Part shown: piece after piece, positions 36,232 to 47,180 of the stretch
Layout: every line of letters begins with the position of its first letter
Position numbering within the stretch: the stretch's first letter is position 1
NCBI GenBank assembly: GCA_016188475.1
Contig: JACPHT010000007.1
Location: forward strand, 16,467-80,466
Length of the DNA stretch: 64,000 bases
Direction: 5' to 3'
Source of the DNA: Candidatus Uhrbacteria bacterium
Lineage (GTDB): Bacteria > Patescibacteriota > Patescibacteriia > UBA9934 > GWF2-40-263
Made by a program: the position numbers and the translations under genes
The notes under the pieces: generated by a model
The model's input: only the letters and a program-made list of their open reading frames with translations
The model's database searches: none
What the model was told of the DNA's origin: nothing

Positions 36232-37236
36232 TTAACGTTTTATATATTGCTTCTCATAATAATTAGCGTACTCACCTGAGCGACACCGGTTCACCCAAGA
36301 TTGGTTTGTTTTATACCATTCAACTGTTTTTGCCAAGCCGTCGTCGAATGATGTTTGAGGCTCCCAACCAAGTTCCATTCGCAACTTTTGTGAATTAAGC
36401 GCGTAACGACGATCATGGCCAACACGATCTTTCACATATTCGATGTGCGAATCATCACATCCAGTCATTTCAAGCAACTTTCGCGTCACATCCAAATTTG
36501 GCACACGATGTCCTGTTCCGATGTTATACGCCTCTCCAACATTTCCTTTTTGAGAAATTAAATCGATCGCGCGACAATGATCTTCTGTAAAAATCCATTC
36601 ACGAATTTGCATCCCGTCTCCATATACTGGAACTTTTTTTCGATCCATTAAATTACATGTGAACAATGGAATTAACTTTTCTGGAAATTGAAATGGGCCA
36701 TAGAAGTTCACCGAATGCGTCATAATTACTGGAACACCAAACGTCACATGATACGAGTGACACAGATGATCTCCAGCGGCTTTGGATGCTGAATAAGGAC
36801 TTCGCGGTTCAAACTGACTTTTTTCGTCCGACTCCCCTTCCATAACAGCGCCATAAACTTCATCTGTTGAAATTTGAATAATGCGTGGAACTTTGTATTT
36901 TTTTACAGCTTCAAGAAGCGTGTACACACCATAAATGTTTGTATCAATAAATGCTCGAGGTTCCATGATAGAACGATCAACATGAGTTTCAGCCGCGTAG
37001 TTTATGATTAGATCAATTCCTTTTGACACAACATCATCAACTGATTTTTCATCAGCAATATTTCCTTTTATAAATCTATAGCGAGGATCGTTTTGTATAT
37101 CTGAGAGATTTTCCAAATTTCCGGCGTAAGTCAAAAAATCAAAATTTATGACTTCAACATCATTATAATTTTTGAGTAGATAGTGAATCATGTTTGAGCC
37201 CATGAATCCGGCTCCGCCTGTAACAAGAATTTTCAT
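36232..37236 (-). CDS. rfbB: dTDP-glucose 4,6-dehydratase.
   Basis: GGAGFMGSN motif, the THVDRS region, and YSASKAAGD (YxxxK). Length is 334 aa. Confidence 0.85.
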   Translation of the reverse strand: MKILVTGGAGFMGSNMIHYLLKNYNDVEVINFDFLTYAGNLENLSDIQNDPRYRFIKGNIADEKSVDDVVSKGIDLIINYAAETHVDRSIMEPRAFIDTNIYGVYTLLEAVKKYKVPRIIQISTDEVYGAVMEGESDEKSQFEPRSPYSASKAAGDHLCHSYHVTFGVPVIMTHSVNFYGPFQFPEKLIPLFTCNLMDRKKVPVYGDGMQIREWIFTEDHCRAIDLISQKGNVGEAYNIGTGHRVPNLDVTRKLLEMTGCDDSHIEYVKDRVGHDRRYALNSQKLRMELGWEPQTSFDDGLAKTVEWYKTNQSWVNRCRSGEYANYYEKQYIKR

Positions 37237-37637
37237 ATCATCTCTTTGATCTTTTGGGCTGTTAGCGAGAGTTCATCTGACGATGGATTAAGTTGCGTCC
37301 ACCCCACATGACCGTCTCCAAACTTTCTTGGAATGATGTGAACGTGGGTATGAAAAATAGTTTGACCGGATGCTTCGCCTATGTTCGCAGTGATTGTACA
37401 TCCATCAGATTCTGTTGCGCGAACAATTACTGGCGCGAGTTTTTGAACAACATCCAACAAATGATGAACGACGTCCTTGGAACTTTCTAAAATGTTTGGT
37501 GATTCTTCTTTTGGAACAACAAGTGTGTGGCCAGGATTTACAGGATTTATGTCAAGAAACGCAATCGCGCGATCATCCTCGTAAATGATGTAAGCTGGAA
37601 TTTCACGGGAAATTATTTTTGAGAAGATTGAGGGCAT
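37233..37637 (-). CDS. HIT-family (histidine triad) protein.
   Basis: HTHVHIIPR histidine triad. Length is 134 aa. Confidence 0.8.
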   Translation of the reverse strand: MPSIFSKIISREIPAYIIYEDDRAIAFLDINPVNPGHTLVVPKEESPNILESSKDVVHHLLDVVQKLAPVIVRATESDGCTITANIGEASGQTIFHTHVHIIPRKFGDGHVGWTQLNPSSDELSLTAQKIKEMI

Positions 37638-37972
37638 ACTAGGCGTAAAAATAATAACGGAGTAAAAAATGCAATGATAACAACCAAAAACCGAAACATC
37701 CCAAACCCTTCACCGAAAATCCACACTAACACAGATAATAAAATTCCCATAACTAAAGCAATAATCATCTCAAACCAAGGACGTTCGGTGTATTCTTTTA
37801 CCATAATTGCCCACCAAATTCCAAATGCAATCGCTGAAAGCAAAAAAATGTGGACGGAGAACACTCGCGCAACAAAACCCGGTTTCAAAATATCAAGAAT
37901 CCAAAACACAACGTAAGAAATAAGACTCACATAGAAACCAGTGTGTGAAATTGTTGATTGAAAATTAGACAT
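37613..37972 (-). CDS. Small integral membrane protein (119 aa, about 4 TM).
   Basis: Hydrophobicity only. Confidence 0.35.
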   Translation of the reverse strand: MSNFQSTISHTGFYVSLISYVVFWILDILKPGFVARVFSVHIFLLSAIAFGIWWAIMVKEYTERPWFEMIIALVMGILLSVLVWIFGEGFGMFRFLVVIIAFFTPLLFLRLVCPQSSQK

Positions 37973-37975
37973 AAA

Positions 37976-39379
37976 TTATTTCCGCCACTTCATATTTATA
38001 TTCTTCACTATAACTTTTCCGCCGAGTGTTTCAATGAGTGGGGTTGAGAACGTAAACTTCCAACTATCTTTTTCTAAAATTATTGGTTCGGAATCAAATT
38101 CAAATGTTTGCACATACCACTCTCCTTCTTTGCGCGGAGAAACATACGTCGTTAAAATATATTCTATACTCGAATTCTCGATGTCAGTATATGGACGAAT
38201 CGCCGCTGGGTCAGGAGAAAAATATTGCGAAGTTGAAAACGCAATTGGAGTGTCAACAAAAACTTCAATATCGCCTTTTGGAATTTCAACTATTTTTAAT
38301 CCTGGGTCAGCCTGAAAAGTAAACATCTCATATGGTTGTGAAATTGATGAAATTTTACCGTTTATTTTCACATCTTGAACTCCTTCTGCATGACGAGTTT
38401 GTATTTGAAGTCGTTGCGACGCAGTCCAAAAACTTATTGTTTTGGTTGTTTCACGGTAACCAATTTCATCTCCAATGTAAACCATGTTTAGAAATACAAG
38501 TTTGTTTTGCATCGTGTTAATTTTTCTGAAAAAGATGTCCCGCGAAGCGTTCAAAACTATTTTATACACTCCTTCAGGAAGTCCTGGCACAGATAAAACG
38601 AGTTTTCTTATTGAAGAAGGAACTGCATCGCGTTTTAGATCTCCATCATCTTCAGCGCGCGCGTTCGCGACAGGTTTACCATTTTCATTAAATACAATAG
38701 CGACAACCGGATCAGAACCCTCGTCTCGATTCATATCCATATACTCAAATTCAAATGAGAGAGTTTCGTTTTTGATATATGTTTTCGCCTCATGTCCGCC
38801 ACGCAAGCTCACTGAAATTGTTTGAAGTAACGAAGATGGTTTGTAATCTGGCAAACGAAGCGATACCGGGTAGTCAGCTTTATAAACAGCAACGCTTTCT
38901 CGTCTTGGCGGGTTCAAAAGAAAATCATCAATCGAATCGTAGCTTGATTTTTTTTGCAATAGTGTCAACCCATTTTGAGTAATTTTTTTCCACGATAAAT
39001 TATCTATCAAAAGATTTTGAAGTGGACGCAGATCGTATCCTTCCGGATTCGTGCGAACACGTCCGCCAAATTCCACGATCGGAACAGTTTCATTTTGAAA
39101 CCAAATCTCAAAAGATAATTTTGAAAATGCTCGATGTGGGTGAAGAAAAAAGAAAACAGGATCAGAAATTATTGCTTGCGACCATTCATTGTTTTTTTTG
39201 ATCGGTTTGTCAACGCGATCAGAAGGAGCAAGCGCATCGATATATGCAGACGCGTCTTGCACAGAATGTTTAATCTCAAATTCACCGCTTGGAACAAAAT
39301 ATTGTTGGCTTAGATAAAAAAGTATGCCAAGTGGAATTAAAATTAAAATTAATTGTATCAATCGTAAAAAAAATTTCAT
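37976..39379 (-). CDS. Hypothetical secreted or membrane-anchored protein (467 aa).
   Basis: N-terminal hydrophobic helix. No motif was recognised. Confidence 0.4.
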   Translation of the reverse strand: MKFFLRLIQLILILIPLGILFYLSQQYFVPSGEFEIKHSVQDASAYIDALAPSDRVDKPIKKNNEWSQAIISDPVFFFLHPHRAFSKLSFEIWFQNETVPIVEFGGRVRTNPEGYDLRPLQNLLIDNLSWKKITQNGLTLLQKKSSYDSIDDFLLNPPRRESVAVYKADYPVSLRLPDYKPSSLLQTISVSLRGGHEAKTYIKNETLSFEFEYMDMNRDEGSDPVVAIVFNENGKPVANARAEDDGDLKRDAVPSSIRKLVLSVPGLPEGVYKIVLNASRDIFFRKINTMQNKLVFLNMVYIGDEIGYRETTKTISFWTASQRLQIQTRHAEGVQDVKINGKISSISQPYEMFTFQADPGLKIVEIPKGDIEVFVDTPIAFSTSQYFSPDPAAIRPYTDIENSSIEYILTTYVSPRKEGEWYVQTFEFDSEPIILEKDSWKFTFSTPLIETLGGKVIVKNINMKWRK

Positions 39380-41028
39380 GGAAAAATGTAATAAAGAGAC
39401 TCTTCGCTGAATGTTTTGATATGCTTGATCTGTAAACCTAGTCCCTTGAGTTTAGATTGGTTTAGATAGTCAAGGTCGCCTTGTGGAAAAGTAATTCCGA
39501 AGTAGTAAAGAGACGTTTTTTCAGCAATTTTTGGCATCAAAGAATATGTTGCTTCTGATCTAAGCGGATAACGAACATGTCGGTCTGGGAAAAAAAGTTT
39601 GTCGCCTCGATCAACAATAATTACAGAATCAGGTTGTGTCAGAGCAAGCACTTCTTTTTTCGTTTGACGAGATTCTCGTAAAATGTCCGCAACTCGAGTA
39701 AGTGCATCTTGCCCTTCAAAAAAAACAATTCTTACGTTAAGTCCAACAATAAAAACAATGATCGAAACCAAAAATAAATTTCGCGCTAATTTTGTTCGTC
39801 CTTTTGATGATGTCCAAACTATCGCTTCGCTAATAAATGGAATTGAAAGAACGAAAATCGGCAACCAATATCTAACGTAAGAATTCGCAATTGTAATTTG
39901 TGTCGTGTCTGGATTGTCAAACAGGACCCAGCTTCCGTACCAAATTCCGAGCCAAATTGAAATGATCAAAAATAAAATGACATAAAATTTCTGACGAACG
40001 AATGCGATCATGATTCCAATAAGCGCTAAAACAGAAAGCCACCAAAATAGAATCATGCCATAGTCTGAAACGTTTTGAATAACTGATCGCATGGAAACTC
40101 CGAAAGGAAATAAAAACGACGGACTCTGCGCGATTTGTTCTTGCGCGATCAATCCATTTGATAAAACAGGAACGGTATAACCTGTTATGAATGGATTTCC
40201 GTATGTTGCAAAATTGAAATAAAAAAATGGAAAGAGACCGATCACAACACCGATGAATAATAGAAAAATTTCTTTCGAACCATTTTTTTTAATATGAAAC
40301 AGTCCTAACAGCGCAATGACAATTGCAACCCAATAAACTTCTGATGCGCGAACAAAAAGTGAAAATCCGATCAAAATACCTGAAGCAAAAATATCAATTG
40401 TTTTTTGAAAAAAACGCAAGCGTCCAAGACGATTCTCACAACGTTTCAAATGTTTATAAATAGGTCGACAATAAAAAAAGTAAGCGGACAATATCAATAA
40501 ACATACAAATAAAACATTGTGCATCAGGCCTCGAGCACTGTAATACCAAACCGCTGGATGAGTCAAAAAAATCAATGCGCTAATATCCGAAACTTTCTGT
40601 GAAAAAAAAACTGAAAAAATGCGACGAATCGCAAGCGCAGAAAAAATTGCGATCAAAGGCGTTAATAACAATAAAATCCAATCGCCAAAAATAAAACTCA
40701 TGGCTCCGTACAACATTGGCAGTCCGAGAAAACTCCCCGGCATTAGAATCCCATTTCTTACAACCATGCTTCGTGGATGAAGCGCATCAAAAAAATCTCC
40801 GCTTAACGCATCTTTGACAAAAAACGTTCCTGTTTGTGAAAAATTACGGGAAAAAAAAGCGTTTGTTGTCTCGTCAGGCGAAACAAAAACATCCCCTGCC
40901 CCAGCGCTTGAAACGACGACTGTTCCAATTAAAAAAATAAGCGCAACTACAGAAAATAAAACCCAAAAAAAACGAGGTGTCTTATAGTCCATATGTAAAC
41001 AAACTGATAACCGCAAAAACGATAGCAA
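39376..41028 (-). CDS. GT-C family polytopic membrane glycosyltransferase (ArnT/PMT_2-like).
   Basis: 550 aa with at least 10 predicted TM helices. Lies in the glycosylation gene neighbourhood. Confidence 0.45.
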   Translation of the reverse strand: MLSFLRLSVCLHMDYKTPRFFWVLFSVVALIFLIGTVVVSSAGAGDVFVSPDETTNAFFSRNFSQTGTFFVKDALSGDFFDALHPRSMVVRNGILMPGSFLGLPMLYGAMSFIFGDWILLLLTPLIAIFSALAIRRIFSVFFSQKVSDISALIFLTHPAVWYYSARGLMHNVLFVCLLILSAYFFYCRPIYKHLKRCENRLGRLRFFQKTIDIFASGILIGFSLFVRASEVYWVAIVIALLGLFHIKKNGSKEIFLLFIGVVIGLFPFFYFNFATYGNPFITGYTVPVLSNGLIAQEQIAQSPSFLFPFGVSMRSVIQNVSDYGMILFWWLSVLALIGIMIAFVRQKFYVILFLIISIWLGIWYGSWVLFDNPDTTQITIANSYVRYWLPIFVLSIPFISEAIVWTSSKGRTKLARNLFLVSIIVFIVGLNVRIVFFEGQDALTRVADILRESRQTKKEVLALTQPDSVIIVDRGDKLFFPDRHVRYPLRSEATYSLMPKIAEKTSLYYFGITFPQGDLDYLNQSKLKGLGLQIKHIKTFSEESLYYIFP

Positions 41029-41560
41029 GCGATAAAGTTCCGATAGAAACAGGAATAAATAAATCGTACCCTGCCCAAATTGCTATAAGTAAAAATACAA
41101 CTCCGACAACCTGTAAAAACATTTTTGTTTTTCCAAAAATATTCGCGCTCGTTATTTTTCCATTAAGTTTCCGAAAATAACCGCCGACAATAATCAGTAA
41201 TTCCAAAAAAATGATTATAAGACCGAAAACAAGATTAACGTGTTTTACAACAACTAAAAGCACAACTGATGAGATCAAAATTTTGTCAGCTAATGGATCG
41301 TAAAAAGTTCCCCATTCTGTAATTTGTTTTCGAATACGAGCAAGCGACCCATCCAAAGCATCAGTTAAAGCGACTATAAGAAAAAATGGAACTCCAACAT
41401 CATAATTTTCAATTGCTAAAAAATACAAAACAAATGGAATGCAAAAAAATCTTAAAAGAGTCACCATGTTTGGAGTGATAAATCGTGGGACAAGTGGTAC
41501 AATTGTATAGCGCATGAGATAGTCATGCGGAAACATCTTTGCAGGGTCTCGCTGATTCAT
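40982..41560 (-). CDS. CDP-alcohol phosphatidyltransferase (PgsA-like).
   Basis: DALDGSLARIRKQITEWGTFYDPLADK, which matches D-G-x2-A-R-x8-G-x3-D-x3-D. The start is probably an internal Met because the long form abuts the divergent gene start. Confidence 0.7.
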   Translation of the reverse strand: MNQRDPAKMFPHDYLMRYTIVPLVPRFITPNMVTLLRFFCIPFVLYFLAIENYDVGVPFFLIVALTDALDGSLARIRKQITEWGTFYDPLADKILISSVVLLVVVKHVNLVFGLIIIFLELLIIVGGYFRKLNGKITSANIFGKTKMFLQVVGVVFLLIAIWAGYDLFIPVSIGTLSLAIVFAVISLFTYGL

Positions 41561-43684
41561 ATGAAAATCCTTTTTAACTCTACCATCTTTTCACTGCTAT
41601 TTCTAGCTGTATTTTTACTTAACATATTTATTTTACAATCTTCTTCAATCGGAATGATTCTTCTTGTTATTTATTTATCTGTTTATGGATGGAATACTGG
41701 AGGAATTATAGCTCGCCAAGAAACCGGACCAGCACGATGGTGGATAGGTTGTTTAACATTGTTATCGTGCATTTCTTTAATCTTGACGATCGCGTATTAT
41801 ATTGCGTTTATTCCAAAAGAACTCGTGATTATTATTATTTTGCTCACACCTCCGTTTGTAGATATTTTAAATAAACGAATTGAAGGACCGTCTATATTTG
41901 AAAAATTTCACGATGTCTGGAAAGAACACTCTCACCATATTGGTCGCGGCGTTTTAATTTCAATCTCAATAATTTTATTACTCGGTGTTTTGTTTATTAA
42001 CAAGCTCATAAATTCACCGATCACTGATGCGGTTCGTTCCCCTTGGGATCGCGTTGACCCAAGTGAGATTGTTATAATGGGAATGATTTTAATTTTACTA
42101 TTTGGACTTCTTGCTCGCGGGCGCGAACGAATACTATCACTTATTGCAACATCTTTTGTTTTGTTTCTTTTCGTATCGCTTGTCTTGTTTACTTTTCCAA
42201 TCGGATATGGTTTTGACTCATTTATTCATCAGGCAACTGAACGATATTTAGCGGAATTTGGAACAATCACTCCAAAACCTTTTTATTACATCGGGCAATA
42301 CGCTCTGACGCTTTTTTTTCATCATGGTTTTCAGTTGCCAGTCTCGCTCGTTGATTCATATCTTGTTCCGATTTTGACAGCGGTTCTTGTTCCGAGTGCT
42401 TGGTACACAGCCGCAGTTCACATCACAGGAAAAAAACGTCTGGCAATGTTGACTCTCACTGGTTTATTTTTGATTCCGCTAAGTTCTTTCATTGTGACAA
42501 CTCCGCAAGCGCTCGCAAACCTTTGGACGCTTATGCTTGTTTTGGCTTCAGCGCCTTATGTTTTTTCGGCTGAACGTCCAAGATTATTTTTCTTCGGAAT
42601 TATTGCTCTTGCAACGCTTGCAATTCATCCAGTCGCCGGTCTTCCAGCAATGCTTTATTTTGCACTTCTTTCCACTGATCCTGAACGGGCGCCAGTTAAA
42701 TGGCAAAAATTTTCAAAATTTGTTTTCGGATCGATTGTGACAATCGCAAGTGTGATTTTGCCAATATCGTTTCTCATCAACGCATGGATAAGCAAACAAC
42801 AATTAACAATCAAATGGAGCGCGTTAAATCCAATTCATATTTTGAGCGGATTTAACTTTTCATTATTTTTCGAAAATAAATTTTCTCCGTTTTTGGATTT
42901 TGTTTATCTTTATGGAAGAAACGCATTTTTTATTTTACTGTTTGTTTCTTTCTGCGCTTGGATGATGTATAGAAAAGAAATCCCAAAACGAACTCGCGCA
43001 ATTTTATGGATGATTGTCGCTTTGACTATAAATTATCTAATCATGAAAACAGCGATTGATTTTACATTCCTAATCAACTACGAACGCCTTAACTACGCGC
43101 AACGGCTCGTTCCTTTGATAGGTTTTTTCATTATCCCGTTTTTTATTCTTGGTCTTGGACATTTTCTTCTTAATCTGCAAAACCGTCCTTTATCGCTCAA
43201 TGTATCAACAATTGTTTTATTATGCGCATTTGCTTTGAGCGCATTTTATATGACATACCCGCGCCATGACGCGTACGAAACGAATAGGGGCTTCAACGTA
43301 AGCGCAGATGATCAAGCGGCCGTTCGATTAGTAGAAGACTGGGCTGAAAGTAAGCCATACATTTCTCTTGCCAATCAATCAGTTTCAGCTGCCGCAATTG
43401 AACAAATCGGTTTCAGATATTATGGTTCGCTATTTTTCTATCCCATTCCAACAGGAGAACCTCTATACCAATTTTTTCTGAAAATGAACGACGCTCCAAC
43501 TCGTGAAACTGCGCAAGAGGCTCTTAATTTGGTTCCAATGCACGGCGACATTTACACAATTTTTTATATTGTGAATTCCTATTGGTGGGACTCGCAAAGA
43601 ATTATCGAAACAGCTAAAACAACGGCTGACGACTGGCGAGCAATCAACAACGGTGCGGTGTATGTCTTTAAGTATGAATTTTAA
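41561..43684 (+). CDS. Large polytopic integral membrane protein (hypothetical, possibly GT-C-like).
   Basis: About 700 aa with many TM helices. The start is reassigned to MKILFN at 41561. Confidence 0.4.
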   Translation: MKILFNSTIFSLLFLAVFLLNIFILQSSSIGMILLVIYLSVYGWNTGGIIARQETGPARWWIGCLTLLSCISLILTIAYYIAFIPKELVIIIILLTPPFVDILNKRIEGPSIFEKFHDVWKEHSHHIGRGVLISISIILLLGVLFINKLINSPITDAVRSPWDRVDPSEIVIMGMILILLFGLLARGRERILSLIATSFVLFLFVSLVLFTFPIGYGFDSFIHQATERYLAEFGTITPKPFYYIGQYALTLFFHHGFQLPVSLVDSYLVPILTAVLVPSAWYTAAVHITGKKRLAMLTLTGLFLIPLSSFIVTTPQALANLWTLMLVLASAPYVFSAERPRLFFFGIIALATLAIHPVAGLPAMLYFALLSTDPERAPVKWQKFSKFVFGSIVTIASVILPISFLINAWISKQQLTIKWSALNPIHILSGFNFSLFFENKFSPFLDFVYLYGRNAFFILLFVSFCAWMMYRKEIPKRTRAILWMIVALTINYLIMKTAIDFTFLINYERLNYAQRLVPLIGFFIIPFFILGLGHFLLNLQNRPLSLNVSTIVLLCAFALSAFYMTYPRHDAYETNRGFNVSADDQAAVRLVEDWAESKPYISLANQSVSAAAIEQIGFRYYGSLFFYPIPTGEPLYQFFLKMNDAPTRETAQEALNLVPMHGDIYTIFYIVNSYWWDSQRIIETAKTTADDWRAINNGAVYVFKYEF

Positions 43685-44879
43685 TTGCTATTCTCTCCAA
43701 CTCATCAACGTATTTTTTCAGTGAAAAGCGCTCTGCGCTTTTTTGAATTTCTTTTGTTTTATTCCAAAAAAAATCCCGCTGTTTTTCAAACTTTTTAAAA
43801 GCGTCGGTAAGTGAATCAACACTCCCGGGTTCTACCAGCAAAGCGTTTTCTCCGTCTATAACCAACTCTGGAATCCCGCCAATTTTCGACGCGATGACAG
43901 CTGTTCCAACTTGAAAACTTTCGTAAATAACAGTTGGAGAATTTTCATAACACAACGACGGCAAAACAACACAATCACAATTTCTCATTAATTTTCTGAT
44001 GTGTTCCAATGATATAAATCCGTGGAAAAGAATCCTCGAATCAAGATTAGCTTTTTTCACAACACCTTGAACAGACGCCCCATCTCCAGCAATGTGAAGT
44101 TCAAATGGAAACGAAAGATTGTTTACGGCTTCGAGTAAAACTTTTATTCCTTTATGATCTTCTATCTGACCGACAAACAAAAATTTTATTGGACCATTTG
44201 GCGAAACTGTTTCGCGTTCTTCACGACTAACGTATTTCGGGGTCGGATTTGGAATCACTCGAATTTCTGAATTTGAAAAAAAATTCCGCGCCTTATAAAA
44301 CTCTGCAAGAAAATTCGACGGCGATATCACAACATCTGGCGAACCAATCGCGTGCTTTGTCGCTTTCTCATACAATCGACGGACAAAACCAACTTGTTCT
44401 TTATTGTCTTTATGATCACAAATTAAAATTCCACTTGGAATTGATAATTGAACATCGTGAATTGTGTGAATGTGATGTATCCCCATTTTTTGAACTTGCA
44501 AAGAAGCGCTCATTCCTAAACCTTTTAAGTTGTGCGTAAAAACGACATCGGGTTCTTCTTCTTTGAGCACTCGCTTCAATACAGACTTTGGAAACGGTCC
44601 AAATAAATCTATTACATGCCAAATTAAACGCAAAAAAAATGGAAACTTAGACGCGCTAAAAAGATGATATAAATTCAGTGGAAAAAATCTGTAAACTCGT
44701 TCCACATAATGTTCTGTAACTTTAGGAAACAAACTTTTTATTCCACCAAATGGCATTGTAGTAATTATAAAAACATCATGTCCACGCGAAAAAAATTCAT
44801 CAGCGACTCGTTGAGCAACAAGTTCGGCTCCGCCTCGTTCTGACGGTGGATATAAATTTGAGATTATTCCAATTTTCAT
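43668..44879 (-). CDS. Glycosyltransferase family 4 (GT-B).
   Basis: E(N)SPTVIYESFQVGTAVIASKIGGIPE, the GT4 C-terminal signature. Confidence 0.75.
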   Translation of the reverse strand: MKIGIISNLYPPSERGGAELVAQRVADEFFSRGHDVFIITTMPFGGIKSLFPKVTEHYVERVYRFFPLNLYHLFSASKFPFFLRLIWHVIDLFGPFPKSVLKRVLKEEEPDVVFTHNLKGLGMSASLQVQKMGIHHIHTIHDVQLSIPSGILICDHKDNKEQVGFVRRLYEKATKHAIGSPDVVISPSNFLAEFYKARNFFSNSEIRVIPNPTPKYVSREERETVSPNGPIKFLFVGQIEDHKGIKVLLEAVNNLSFPFELHIAGDGASVQGVVKKANLDSRILFHGFISLEHIRKLMRNCDCVVLPSLCYENSPTVIYESFQVGTAVIASKIGGIPELVIDGENALLVEPGSVDSLTDAFKKFEKQRDFFWNKTKEIQKSAERFSLKKYVDELERIAIKIHT

Positions 44880-46045
44880 ATATATTCTCGCGTGCTCTTC
44901 TGTTCTAAAACAGATCTGTACGTTTTCTCAAGATTTGATATAGCGGGCTCCCAATCAAAATTAGATTCAGCATTCAATCTTGCGGCTTGGCCAAAACGTT
45001 TTCTTACTTCTGGTTGAGAGAGAAACAACGTTATCGCATTTGCAAGTTCCGTTATATCTTCAGGAGGAACAAGAAGACCTGTGCTTCCGTCCAAAACAAC
45101 AGTGCGAACTCCGGGCAGGTTTGACGCGATGGTTGGAATTCCACTTGCGGCCGCTTCAAGCGCTACAAGACCAAATGCTTCAGCACGTTTCAGAGACGGA
45201 AAAACATGAAAATCCGATAACTGATAGATAAATGGAATATCACGCTCAGCAACATTCCCAAGAAAATGAACCCTGCCATTCAAAATCGATTTTCTAACAA
45301 CTGTTTCAAAACTTGACCGTAAATTTCCATCCCCAACAATAAGCATTTCCCAAGGTTGAGGAGTGATAAGTTTAAGCGCTTCAAGAAGAATAGGGGCACC
45401 CTTAAAATAATGCGCGCTGTCAAGACCTCCAACAAATAATATAACAGGAACATCTGTTCGAATATCCAACCGCCGTTTAAAAAATTCCGCATTGCCTGGT
45501 CGGAATCTGTGAAGATCAATTCCGAAAGGATGTATTTCAACTCGATCCATTGCGCCTTGAATTTCGGAAATAGCTGATCCATTAATATAATCCTTACTGC
45601 TTGCCAGTATCCGATCAGTACGATTCACAAGCCAAGGCAATAAAATTCTTTTATGAGCGTTAAACAAAGTGCCCCGAACACCGTTTCCTGTTGCGTCCAT
45701 GTGATAAGTCATGACAAGCCCTTGATTTGGAGAAATTGCTTTTCGAACTATTGTCGGCTCTGCACCTCCAAAAAAAGGATAATGCAAATGAACCAAATCA
45801 AAGCCTGACAAACGTCGAAAAAGCGATGGCATTACACCGGCATTTCCGATATGCACTATACTTGGAACACGATGCACATAATCTGGATCGTCAACTTCAA
45901 CATGACCTTTTGTTGTAAACACATGAACGTCATACCCGCGCTCTCGCAATCGTTCTGTGTATTCAAAAGCAACATTTCCCATTCCTCCGCGATATGGAGG
46001 ATAGGTGCAAACGACTTGTGCAATTTTTGGTTTTATTTCGGTCAT
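44876..46045 (-). CDS. Glycosyltransferase family 4 (GT-B).
   Basis: YPPYRGGMG N-terminus and EAFGLVALEAAASGIPTIAS motif. The start is reassigned to MTEIKPK at 46045. The ORF-track N-terminal extension translates a repeat element. Confidence 0.75.
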   Translation of the reverse strand: MTEIKPKIAQVVCTYPPYRGGMGNVAFEYTERLRERGYDVHVFTTKGHVEVDDPDYVHRVPSIVHIGNAGVMPSLFRRLSGFDLVHLHYPFFGGAEPTIVRKAISPNQGLVMTYHMDATGNGVRGTLFNAHKRILLPWLVNRTDRILASSKDYINGSAISEIQGAMDRVEIHPFGIDLHRFRPGNAEFFKRRLDIRTDVPVILFVGGLDSAHYFKGAPILLEALKLITPQPWEMLIVGDGNLRSSFETVVRKSILNGRVHFLGNVAERDIPFIYQLSDFHVFPSLKRAEAFGLVALEAAASGIPTIASNLPGVRTVVLDGSTGLLVPPEDITELANAITLFLSQPEVRKRFGQAARLNAESNFDWEPAISNLEKTYRSVLEQKSTREYI

Positions 46046-46116
46046 TGCGAGAAGGCCATAGGCAGACGAAGCAATCTCTAGGATTGCTTCGGTCGCTACC
46101 GTTCCCTCGCAATGAC
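46041..46116. repeat. Nested-stem element, copy 2. Its 5' arm contains the ATG of the downstream GT4 gene.
   Basis: GTCATTGCGAG..CGAAGCAATCTCT..GATTGCTTCG..CTCGCAATGAC. Confidence 0.75.
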
Positions 46117-46124
46117 AAAAATCT

Positions 46125-47180
46125 CTAATAAACGAAATATCTAAGTATCTTCCACACAAAACACAATATAGGATTTCCAATCAATGTGACAATAGGATTG
46201 TTTGTTTCCTGATGTATTATTTTACAAGTGAATAATCGGACTATTTCTGCATCGCTAACTTTCCGAATCGAACGTGACTCGCGACGTTTTCGCAAAACGT
46301 ATGTCCATGATTTAGGACTCAACAAACTTGCATACACATAAATCTTTTGTTTAATCCAACCTCCTTTAATTGCAAACAAAAGAAGAGGGATTTCCATTAT
46401 TACCATGAACGGTAAAAGAATCAATAGTGTTGACCAATTCAGATGTGAAAAATGGACAAGCCAACGATTTCGTTCCATCCAAAAAAATTTCTGTATTGAT
46501 CGTTTGAATTCGTAATCATGAAATGAGCGAGATCGTAAAGATAAAACATTTTTATATCCAGCAAGACGAATTCTCCAACCAAGTTCTAAATCCTCGTGAT
46601 ACAAAAACAAAAACGGATCAAGAACACCAATTTTTTTTAGAACTTCAGCTCGATACAATACTGCCGCGCCACTTGCATACGCAATTTCTTCCCCATCACT
46701 CCGACACTCCGTTACTTCATCACTTTTCTCTCCATTATCCCTCACAAATCCGAATCCCAAAAAATGAACCATACCTCCTGTTGAATTAACAATGGCCGGA
46801 TGTTTCCAAAGCAACATGAGCGATTGCACTGATCCTATTTTTGAATCCGACTCTGCCAATGTTACAGCCTCTTTGATCGCGTCGGGATGCAATTTCAAAT
46901 CATTGTTGTGTAAAAAAACATAATCAGCGCCGTGGAGCAAAGCATGATTGATGCCTATATTATTACCTTCTGCAAACCCTAAATTTTTTCCATTTGGAAA
47001 AAACGTGATGTCACTTACGTTTAGCAGATATTCCTGACTGCCATCTGTTGATGCATTGTCAACAAAAATAAATTCCAAACTTTCACGAGGATAATTAAGC
47101 GCGCGTAGTGCGTTTAACACTTCGTCCAAATATCGTTTCCCGTTGTAAGAAAGATAAACAATCGCGACTTTTGGCATCAT
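46125..47180 (-). CDS. Glycosyltransferase family 2.
   Basis: AIVYLSYNG...FVDNASTDGS, a DXD-type GT-A N-domain. Length is 351 aa. Confidence 0.75.
   Translation of the reverse strand: MMPKVAIVYLSYNGKRYLDEVLNALRALNYPRESLEFIFVDNASTDGSQEYLLNVSDITFFPNGKNLGFAEGNNIGINHALLHGADYVFLHNNDLKLHPDAIKEAVTLAESDSKIGSVQSLMLLWKHPAIVNSTGGMVHFLGFGFVRDNGEKSDEVTECRSDGEEIAYASGAAVLYRAEVLKKIGVLDPFLFLYHEDLELGWRIRLAGYKNVLSLRSRSFHDYEFKRSIQKFFWMERNRWLVHFSHLNWSTLLILLPFMVIMEIPLLLFAIKGGWIKQKIYVYASLLSPKSWTYVLRKRRESRSIRKVSDAEIVRLFTCKIIHQETNNPIVTLIGNPILCFVWKILRYFVY

Noticed and set aside
41556-41563. Back-to-back divergent start codons (CAT|ATG) of the CDP-alcohol phosphatidyltransferase and the large membrane protein, which would leave no promoter space
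   Set aside because: Most likely at least one start is mis-called. The phosphatidyltransferase has in-frame Met codons 9 and 16 residues downstream, which still precede its conserved N-terminal motif. I treat this as an annotation ambiguity and not a biological oddity.
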